DNA from: Emcibacter sp.
GTDB taxonomy: Bacteria; Pseudomonadota; Alphaproteobacteria; Sphingomonadales; Emcibacteraceae
Assembly (NCBI GenBank): GCA_021741205.1
Contig: JAIOYI010000013.1
Location: 1,773-65,772, forward strand
Length of the DNA stretch: 64,000 nucleotides
Direction of reading: 5' to 3'
Both the position numbers and the translations under genes were made by a program. This document shows, in pieces, positions 36,681 through 44,588 of the stretch (position 1 is its first letter; every line of letters starts with the position of its first letter). Below the pieces are notes generated by a model. That model worked only from the letters and a program-made list of their open reading frames with translations. It had not been told where the DNA came from and did not search any database.

Positions 36681-37643
36681 CTAACTTAACCGAATAAACT
36701 TTAAGCGATCCATAATTGTAATCAATATTTCACCTGAATCGCAGGCCTCATAATAGCTTCCGTCCAAGACAAATGCTGTCTGGAGGACAAATCTTGCATG
36801 ATTGATATCGGTTATGATATGGCCTGCGATATCCTTGGTTTCATAATGCCCCTTCAAAAATTCTTTTCCCACATGCATGACGGACTCAGGCGTATTTTCA
36901 ATACTAATAAAATGAGCGAAATCTTTACGTTTTAAGGGATCAAGCGCAATCCCCCACAAAGATTTATCAAGGGTCGTTATAGACAACATAAAGAAATGTC
37001 CCATAACGGCTCCCCGTTGATTTCGATTAATGCGAATGGCATCTTCAAGTTTATTTCTGCTCAGTGCAGAACGATATGCAGACTGAATTAAACCAATTAC
37101 CTTAAATTTACGCCTAAAATAATCAACAAATGATTGCCCTAGTATCTTTCTGTTGAATATATTTTTTTGCTTTACAATCTCTCCAGCACAAAAGAAAAGC
37201 CCATAAAGATGACCAACGCCCCTCACACCCTCAATTTTAATCAGGGAGCATTCAATAATTTTATTTAAAAAATTTTCTTTATGGTGATAATCCAGTAATA
37301 GTTTTCTCAAGGCTATGTGTGGTTCTGACTGATGGGCACCAAAACTCTCAGCAATAATATTATTATCCCCCGCAGGCAGGATCGCCAAAGGAATGTTTCT
37401 GCTCAGTATATTTTTTTCAATAATATGTTCAAAGACAGCCGATGTTAACGCTCTGTCTCCAATAATCACAATAATATCAATATCCGATTTCCGAAACAAC
37501 ATAAGAGCTTCTGTAATATCTTGATGTTTTTCAACCTCATAATGGAAAATACCAGACCCCGATGAGATAACGGAACGAATTTTATTCATTTCATCATTCT
37601 TTAAAAAAGACGACGGACTGCTTAGAATACCAATAATACCCAC
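36681..37643 (-). CDS. diacylglycerol/sphingoid-lipid-kinase-fold protein with degenerate nucleotide-binding motif
   Basis: 320 aa, GTG start. DAGK_cat-like layout: IIGILSSPSS (beta1), IIVIIGDRALTSAV where GGDGT is expected, LAILPAGDNNIIAESFG where iPlGTgNdfa is expected. Convergent with spt, 6-nt gap. Confidence 0.5.
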   Translation of the reverse strand: MGIIGILSSPSSFLKNDEMNKIRSVISSGSGIFHYEVEKHQDITEALMLFRKSDIDIIVIIGDRALTSAVFEHIIEKNILSRNIPLAILPAGDNNIIAESFGAHQSEPHIALRKLLLDYHHKENFLNKIIECSLIKIEGVRGVGHLYGLFFCAGEIVKQKNIFNRKILGQSFVDYFRRKFKVIGLIQSAYRSALSRNKLEDAIRINRNQRGAVMGHFFMLSITTLDKSLWGIALDPLKRKDFAHFISIENTPESVMHVGKEFLKGHYETKDIAGHIITDINHARFVLQTAFVLDGSYYEACDSGEILITIMDRLKFIRLS

Positions 37644-37843
37644 TTAAATTTCCAATTATTCCCATTTAGCCTTAACAGTTAGATTTATTATTTTATCAAT
37701 TTTTAGTCCATAGCCCCATAAAAACCATAAAAAAATATTATCTGACGTAAATATTTTGCTTTTGGGTATATTCTTCTTGCATATATTCTTTTATACCAAA
37801 AGCTACAAATGATATTAGTCTAAATCCAGATCAAAAGCGACGA

Positions 37844-39019
37844 ATGCTAAAAAAAATTGATAAATATATTTTAACAGAGACAATTGTGCCGCTCATGACC
37901 ACGTTGATCATCTCGGCATTGTTACTGCTGCTTGAAAAAATGCTCAGCCTATTTGATTTCGTTATTAATCAAGGAGGGCCCATTGATATTGTCTGGCGGA
38001 TGCTTGGTAACCTCATGCCGCAATATCTGACTTTAGTATTGCCATTATCCGTATTTTTTGGCGTATTGCTTGCCATTCGGAAATTTGCCCTCAACAGTGA
38101 ACTTGATGCTCTGCTTGCCTCTGGCGTTAGTCTAAATCGCCTTATACAACCCAGTTTATATGTGGCAATTGTTTTACTGGTCGTAAATATTATCGTTGTT
38201 GGTTTTGTTCAACCCTATAGTCGTTATACATTTCAAGGTCTTGTTTTTGACATCAGAAGCGGGGCACTAGGAGCAAGCATCAAGGCGGGCGAATTTACGC
38301 CACTTGGTAACGGTCTTACCCTGAGAATCGAAGAATCACGTGATAATGGACGTGAACTGATTGATATATTTGCCCAGAAGGAATCATCCAGTGGCAGAAT
38401 TCAATCTATTAGTGCTGAAAAGGGGAATTTCTTTATTTCTCCTGATAAACGTTATATGATCCTTAGACTTTACAACGGTATGCTGATTGATCTTGATATA
38501 GCCCAAAGCCGTCCTAGCATTGTAAATTTTGATATGCACGACCTACCCCTTGCGGTACCAAATTTTGCAACATTCAGGGAACGTGGAGAAGAAGCCAGAG
38601 AAATGACCATCCTTGAGCTCTGGAATGACCGCAAAAGCAATGACCCCGATGTCATAGCAACCCTTCACTCTCGTCTGGCCCGCGCCCTTTCCATCTTAAT
38701 TGTACCTTTTTTGGCTGTGCCTCTGGGGCTTGTAGCAAAAAGATCCGGGCGGGCACTCGGCATCACGGTTGGTGTGATAATATTGCTTGTTTACCATAAA
38801 ATCTTAGAATTTGGGCAGGATTTTTCTGCTGCTGGGCTTATTTCACCTTGGCTTGTGATTTGGTTACCAACCTTAATATTTGTCCTGCTTACAGCAAGAC
38901 TTTATTATATTGGCACCTACAAAGTTGGTGGCTTGCCGTTAAGGAAGATTGAGATCATCTATGAAATTATAATGGATTCCTTTCACCGCATTGCCAATCG
39001 GTTAAGGATGACAAAGTAA
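37844..39019 (+). CDS. lptF: LPS export ABC permease LptF (YjgP/YjgQ family)
   Basis: 391 aa. Six TM with a large periplasmic beta-jellyroll insert between TM3 and TM4. N-terminal LKKIDKYILTE... is typical of LptF/G. Followed immediately by a paralogue. Confidence 0.75.
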   Translation: MLKKIDKYILTETIVPLMTTLIISALLLLLEKMLSLFDFVINQGGPIDIVWRMLGNLMPQYLTLVLPLSVFFGVLLAIRKFALNSELDALLASGVSLNRLIQPSLYVAIVLLVVNIIVVGFVQPYSRYTFQGLVFDIRSGALGASIKAGEFTPLGNGLTLRIEESRDNGRELIDIFAQKESSSGRIQSISAEKGNFFISPDKRYMILRLYNGMLIDLDIAQSRPSIVNFDMHDLPLAVPNFATFRERGEEAREMTILELWNDRKSNDPDVIATLHSRLARALSILIVPFLAVPLGLVAKRSGRALGITVGVIILLVYHKILEFGQDFSAAGLISPWLVIWLPTLIFVLLTARLYYIGTYKVGGLPLRKIEIIYEIIMDSFHRIANRLRMTK

Positions 39020-40147
39020 ATGGAAAGATTCATTAAATATTCCAATTTTCTTGGCGGAATGCTAGACCCCGGTAGTATGGATATTTACATAGCCAAATTA
39101 TTCATCACTCGGTATATAATCATATTGCTTGGGCTTGTGGCCACCCTGCAAATGTTAGATCTTCTTTCGGAATCAGACAATATTTTAGCAGGTGAAGGGG
39201 CGACTTACGGCGAACTGTGGCATTATATAACCCTCAGAGTACCAACCTTATTATCTCTCTTCTCTCCATTTGTGACCTTACTTGCCGCTATTATCTGTTT
39301 GGCAAGCCTTAATATTCATAGCGAAATTGTTATTATGAAAACCGCTGGTTGGTCTGCTTTTCGCATCATAACCCCCATGATTATGGTATCTTTACTGATT
39401 GCGGTTGTTCATTTCGTTTTCACAGAATCCATCACAGTCAAAGCCAAGGCTGAACTTGAAAACTGGAAAGAGAATGAATATGCCACTAACCTGCCACCTG
39501 CACCAGATACCGTATATGACACATGGGTCAACGACGGCAACAACCTGATCAAGGCAGAAAAGGCCAGCCGTAACGGCAGTATTTTACTTCTCGACAAAGT
39601 TACCCATTATGTTCGTAATAAAAACAGACATATTACATCCCTTATCAAGGCGGACTTTGCCGTCTATCGTGACGGCAAATGGACCATGTTCGAGGTGAGA
39701 GAATTCGACATTCGCACCTTAAAAGTGACCCCCATGGAAAATCTTTTATGGGAAACGGACATTCCACCGGAAAGATTTATCGCTTTGGCCTTAAAACCCG
39801 ATCAGGTTAGCATTAAAAAACTCCGTAGTGCCATTACCCAACTGAAAAAAGAAGGTCATAATACGGCAAGTTTTGAAACTATGTTATTTCAAAAATTTGT
39901 CTCTCCCTTGAGTACATTACTCATGCCTCTACTTGCAGGACTTGCCGCATTTGGACTTCATAGAGGCGGAAATTTATTTAGACGTATTATGTTTACGGGT
40001 GCCATGGGCTTTGGTTATTTTGTGATCAATAACCTTTTTGTTGCTCTTGGACAATATGGTGCGGTACCGCCCTTTATTGCCGCTTGGTTGCCATTTTTGC
40101 TATTTTTTCTAATTGGCACCAGTTTTATTCTCATCACCGAAGAATAA
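39020..40147 (+). CDS. lptG: LPS export ABC permease LptG (YjgP/YjgQ family)
   Basis: 375 aa with the same architecture as lptF. The start abuts the lptF stop (TAAATG). The true start may be an internal Met (MDIYIAKLF...). Confidence 0.75.
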   Translation: MERFIKYSNFLGGMLDPGSMDIYIAKLFITRYIIILLGLVATLQMLDLLSESDNILAGEGATYGELWHYITLRVPTLLSLFSPFVTLLAAIICLASLNIHSEIVIMKTAGWSAFRIITPMIMVSLLIAVVHFVFTESITVKAKAELENWKENEYATNLPPAPDTVYDTWVNDGNNLIKAEKASRNGSILLLDKVTHYVRNKNRHITSLIKADFAVYRDGKWTMFEVREFDIRTLKVTPMENLLWETDIPPERFIALALKPDQVSIKKLRSAITQLKKEGHNTASFETMLFQKFVSPLSTLLMPLLAGLAAFGLHRGGNLFRRIMFTGAMGFGYFVINNLFVALGQYGAVPPFIAAWLPFLLFFLIGTSFILITEE

Positions 40148-40167
40148 TGAGAAATTAGAGAGATATT

Positions 40168-41313
40168 ATGACATCAGACATCACTATAACAGAAGTCACG
40201 AACAACCAAATTTTGAAACAGTTCGTCAAATTTCCCTTGTCGCTCTATAAAAATGATGCCAATTGGGTGGCACCATTAACGATGGAACGTATGGAAATTC
40301 TTAATCCTAAGAAAAACCCCTATTTTGAACATGCCAAGGCAAAATTATGGCTCGCCTATCAAGACGGTAAAATTGTTGGGCGCATTACCGCACAAATTGA
40401 TGAACTTGTCGAACAACGTTATCACGAAAAAATCGGTCATTTTGGTTTTTTTGACTGTATCAATGATCAAAATGTTGCGAATGCTCTTTTGGATACGGCT
40501 TTTTCTTGGTTAAAATCAGAAGGACGTGAGAAAGTGATTGGCCCGTTCAGTCTGTCCATCAACGAAGAAACGGGCCTGCTTACAGAAGGATTTGACACAC
40601 CTCCTAGTCTTATGATGAATCACGCCTTACCTTATTTTCAAGACCTGATTACTGGATATGGCATGGAAAAAATTAAGGATTTATGGGCATATTACCTTAA
40701 AATTGATAATAACATTTTACCGCCAACCATTGATAAGCTTATCAAGCGTAGCATGCGTGATGGAAAAATCAGATTACGTCCCATTAATATGAAAAATTAT
40801 GAGGAAGATCTCAAAACCATACTTGATATTTATAATGATGCATGGTCTGACAACTGGATGTCTCTGCCCTTCACAGAAACCGAACTGAATAAAACAGTCA
40901 AAGACCTTAAATTACTTATTCGTAGTGATTTTACCTTTATAGCAGAATATGACGGCGTTCCCATGGCCATGATGGTAACGCTGCCTAATCTTAATGAAAT
41001 TATAAAAGACCTACAGGGTAGTCTTTTTCCTTTTGGAATATTCAAGCTCTTATGGCGACTTAAATTACGCCCAAATTATAAGACCGTTCGTGTTCCCTTG
41101 ATGGGGGTGCGTAAAGAATATCAAAATACCGCCGTCGGCGGGGCTATGGCCTTTGCGCTTATTGAGGAATGCAGAATTCATGCTGAAAAGGCAGGCTGCA
41201 CCCACGCAGAACTATCATGGGTTTTGGACGAGAATACAAGACTATCCAAAATGCTGGAAAGCATTGGTTGTTGGAAATATAAAAAATATTGCATGTATAC
41301 AAAGACACTATAA
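40168..41313 (+). CDS. large GNAT-like N-acyltransferase family protein (candidate bacterial ceramide synthase)
   Basis: 381 aa. Conserved-looking N-terminus FVKFPLSLYKNDANWVAPL...NPYFEHAKAKLWLAYQDGKIVGRITAQID...GHFGFFDC and C-terminal acyltransferase-like VRKEYQNTAVGGAMAF. Sits 20 nt downstream of lptG. Confidence 0.5.
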   Translation: MTSDITITEVTNNQILKQFVKFPLSLYKNDANWVAPLTMERMEILNPKKNPYFEHAKAKLWLAYQDGKIVGRITAQIDELVEQRYHEKIGHFGFFDCINDQNVANALLDTAFSWLKSEGREKVIGPFSLSINEETGLLTEGFDTPPSLMMNHALPYFQDLITGYGMEKIKDLWAYYLKIDNNILPPTIDKLIKRSMRDGKIRLRPINMKNYEEDLKTILDIYNDAWSDNWMSLPFTETELNKTVKDLKLLIRSDFTFIAEYDGVPMAMMVTLPNLNEIIKDLQGSLFPFGIFKLLWRLKLRPNYKTVRVPLMGVRKEYQNTAVGGAMAFALIEECRIHAEKAGCTHAELSWVLDENTRLSKMLESIGCWKYKKYCMYTKTL

Positions 41314-41383
41314 AATATCATACTATCATTGAACTCATAAATTTATTTTGGTCGTTGAAAAACCAAAATTTTGAAAGAAAAAT

Positions 41384-42058
41384 ATGACTGACGATCTACT
41401 TATTGATAACAAAAAAACTTTTCTACAACGCTTAAGAACATATTTCCTAACGGGTCTTGTGGTCGCATCGCCTGTGGGTATTACAATCTATCTTGCCCTC
41501 GCATTCATTGATTTGATCGATCGTAATATTAAACCATTAATTCCCGCAGGCTATAATCCTGATAATTATCTACCCTTTCCTATACCAGGACTTGGTCTTA
41601 TTTTTCTGTTTATTATTCTGACATTGCTTGGTTTTCTTGCGGCCAACTTTATGGGAAAAACCCTCATTCACCTAGGGGAAAGAATTCTTAATCGCATGCC
41701 CATCGTCAGAAGCGTCTATAATACGCTAAAGCAAATTTTTGAAACGGTTATTTCTGAAAATACAGGAAGTTTTCAAGAAGTGGTTCTGGTTGAATATCCC
41801 CGCAAGGGATTATGGGCTATCGCCTTTATTTCTGGTGAAAATGTGGGCGAAATACAAGAAAAAATGGATGATGATATCGTCAATGTTTTCCTGCCTACCA
41901 CACCAAACCCCACATCGGGCTTTCTTTTATTTGTACCCAAAAAGGACATTATTCATCTTGATATGACCCCCGATGAAGGAGCAAAATATGTGATTTCCGC
42001 CGGACTTGTGGATCCCAGCAATTTAAAAGTTAAAAATAAAAAACCGCCCTCCAAATAA
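41384..42058 (+). CDS. DUF502-family membrane protein
   Basis: 224 aa. Two N-terminal TMs and the LPTTPNPTSGFLLFVPK motif characteristic of DUF502. Confidence 0.7.
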   Translation: MTDDLLIDNKKTFLQRLRTYFLTGLVVASPVGITIYLALAFIDLIDRNIKPLIPAGYNPDNYLPFPIPGLGLIFLFIILTLLGFLAANFMGKTLIHLGERILNRMPIVRSVYNTLKQIFETVISENTGSFQEVVLVEYPRKGLWAIAFISGENVGEIQEKMDDDIVNVFLPTTPNPTSGFLLFVPKKDIIHLDMTPDEGAKYVISAGLVDPSNLKVKNKKPPSK

Positions 42059-42060
42059 CA

Positions 42061-44154
42061 TCACCCAGATATCAAATATTTAACACCCTCGTCCCGTTCA
42101 AACAAATATAGCAATATACGAAGCGCACGACCCCTTTCACTGGAAAGATTGGGGTCTTTTTCCAAAATTAAACGGGCATCATCACGGGCCATGGCAATCA
42201 AATGGCCTTGTTCTTCAAGGCTCGCCACTTTAAAATCGGGCATTCCGCTTTGGCGGGTTCCGAGCAATTCACCAGCCCCCCGAAGACGCAAATCTTCTTC
42301 TGCTATCAAAAAGCCATCATCGGTTTCGCGCATAATTTTAAGACGAGCCTTTGCATTTTGCCCCGTTAAGGCACCATAAACCATTAAGCAGGTTGACTTA
42401 TCCGCACCACGTCCAATACGACCCCGCAACTGGTGAAGCTGTGAAAGACCAAATCTTTCGGCATGTTCAATCACCATAACAGAGGCTTCTGGCACATCAA
42501 CGCCCACCTCTACCACGGTTGTGGCAACCAAAATATCAATCTCTCCGCTGATGAACCGTGCCATAACAGCATCTTTTTCCTTGGGTTTCAATTTACCGTG
42601 AACAAGCCCCACCCGTGATCCAAATATCTTTTCCAGATGATGAAATCTTTCTTCTGCGGCGGCAAGATCGAGAATTTCTGATTCTTCCACCAGCGGGCAT
42701 ATCCAAAATACACGGGTTCCCGCATTAATGGCTCTGCCTATGGCCTGCACTACCTCCCCAAGTCTATTCAGAGGAATTGTTCTTGTGTCCACAGGTTTTC
42801 GTCCTGGCGGTTTTTCATACAGACGTGACACATCCATATCACCGTATACTGTAAGGGTGAGCGTGCGGGGAATTGGTGTTGCCGTCATGGTCAGAACATC
42901 CATAGCGATGTTTTTAGGGCCTTTTTGTGATAATGCCATACGCTGTTCAACCCCAAAGCGATGCTGTTCATCAATCACGACAAAGGCCAAATCATGATAA
43001 ATAACATCCTTTTGAAACAGGGCATGGGTTCCGACAATAATGTCAATTTCGCCTGTATGCAGTTGGTCAAGAAGCATAGCCCTCGCCTTACCCTTATCCC
43101 GCCCCGTGAGAATCGCTACACTCACCCCCAAACCGTCAAGCATTTCAACTATATTGGCGTAATGTTGACGAGCCAGTATCTCTGTAGGAGCAATGATGGC
43201 GGCCTGCACCCCATTTTCCACCGCATTAAGCATAGCAAGGAGGGCGACTACGGTCTTGCCACTGCCCACATCCCCTTGCAGCAATCGCATCATGGCAAAG
43301 GGTGCAGCAAGGTCATGGTCTATTTCTTCGATACATTGTTTCTGGGCATCTGTTAAACTGTAGGGCAGTTTTTCAAGGAGAGCCTGTTTCAAATGTCCTT
43401 TAGCAACCAAACAACGGCCTTTTTTCTTTTGGTTTTGCCTTCTCATAATTTCCAAGGCCAACTGATTGGCCAAAAATTCATCATAGGCAAGCCTTAGTCT
43501 TGCAGGGCTATTGATTTGCAAATCTTGGGATAACTTGGGATGATGGATTTTATTTATGGCATTGTACCAATCAGGCCAACCTTCCCGCTTGATGAGCGTT
43601 TTATCCTGCCATTCTGGAAGTGCAACAATTTTTTCCAAGGCACCCCGAATGATTTTAGCCATCACCTTGCCACTTATTCCCGCGGTTAGGGGATAAATAG
43701 GCTCAATCTCTGGGATTTCATCCCGCTTACTGGGCAACAACATATAATCAGGATGGCTCATTTGCAGCTGATTGTTATAGACCTCTACCTTACCGCTAAT
43801 GGTGCGCACCTCTCCCTCAGGCAATTGGGTTTTGATATAATCACCCTTGGCATGAAAAAAGATAAGCTGCAAATTCCCCGTGGCGTCATGACACCATACC
43901 CTATAGGGGCGATTTGTCCCTCTTGGAGGGCTGTCATGCTTACCTATGGTGAGGTCTAAGGTTACGATTTGGTCATAGGTTATCTCTGAAAGCTTTGGGC
44001 TTGATCTTCGATCTATGACATCAACGGGCATATGCCAAATAAGATCAACCACCTTACGGCCAATTATTTTTTCCAATAAACCTGCAATGCGGCCTCCCAC
44101 ACCAGGAAGACTTATGGTATCGGCAAAAAATGGGTATAATATTTCTGGTCGCAT
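42061..44154 (-). CDS. recG: ATP-dependent DNA helicase RecG
   Basis: 697 aa. Wedge domain plus helicase motifs GDVGSGKT, DEQHRFGV, TATPIPRT, QLRGRIGRG. Confidence 0.95.
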   Translation of the reverse strand: MRPEILYPFFADTISLPGVGGRIAGLLEKIIGRKVVDLIWHMPVDVIDRRSSPKLSEITYDQIVTLDLTIGKHDSPPRGTNRPYRVWCHDATGNLQLIFFHAKGDYIKTQLPEGEVRTISGKVEVYNNQLQMSHPDYMLLPSKRDEIPEIEPIYPLTAGISGKVMAKIIRGALEKIVALPEWQDKTLIKREGWPDWYNAINKIHHPKLSQDLQINSPARLRLAYDEFLANQLALEIMRRQNQKKKGRCLVAKGHLKQALLEKLPYSLTDAQKQCIEEIDHDLAAPFAMMRLLQGDVGSGKTVVALLAMLNAVENGVQAAIIAPTEILARQHYANIVEMLDGLGVSVAILTGRDKGKARAMLLDQLHTGEIDIIVGTHALFQKDVIYHDLAFVVIDEQHRFGVEQRMALSQKGPKNIAMDVLTMTATPIPRTLTLTVYGDMDVSRLYEKPPGRKPVDTRTIPLNRLGEVVQAIGRAINAGTRVFWICPLVEESEILDLAAAEERFHHLEKIFGSRVGLVHGKLKPKEKDAVMARFISGEIDILVATTVVEVGVDVPEASVMVIEHAERFGLSQLHQLRGRIGRGADKSTCLMVYGALTGQNAKARLKIMRETDDGFLIAEEDLRLRGAGELLGTRQSGMPDFKVASLEEQGHLIAMARDDARLILEKDPNLSSERGRALRILLYLFERDEGVKYLISG

Positions 44155-44270
44155 GCGTTTATAATTGATTCACGTTGTTTTTTTTCCTATCACTATTATT
44201 TGATACGAAAATGATACACTAGCATAATAGAATTACGATCCACATCAAACATAAAATAGATTGCATAACC

Positions 44271-44588
44271 ATGTCATCATATGATGCTCCAGGCTTTACA
44301 GAACCGCAAATCGATAAAAATGAATCCATTGAAACTCGCAGAAAGCGGCTTAAATTCAGAAGTTGGCACCGCGGCATTAAGGAAGCTGACATTTTGCTTG
44401 GTCATTTTGCCGATAAACATCTGAATGATCTTAATGATGATCAGTTAGACCGCTATGAAGATCTGCTCAGGGAACCAGACCTTAAAATTGTTTCATGGAT
44501 CACCAAAGATTCCAAAGCTCCTGAATATTTACAGAATGATGTTATGGACATGCTCCAAGCCATAGATTACCTCAAGATCATCAAGTGA
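44271..44588 (+). CDS. sdhE: FAD assembly factor SdhE (succinate dehydrogenase assembly factor 2, DUF339)
   Basis: 105 aa. RRKRLKFRSWHRGIKEADILLGHF contains the RGxxE motif. Stop overlaps the mfd GTG start (GTGA). Confidence 0.8.
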   Translation: MSSYDAPGFTEPQIDKNESIETRRKRLKFRSWHRGIKEADILLGHFADKHLNDLNDDQLDRYEDLLREPDLKIVSWITKDSKAPEYLQNDVMDMLQAIDYLKIIK

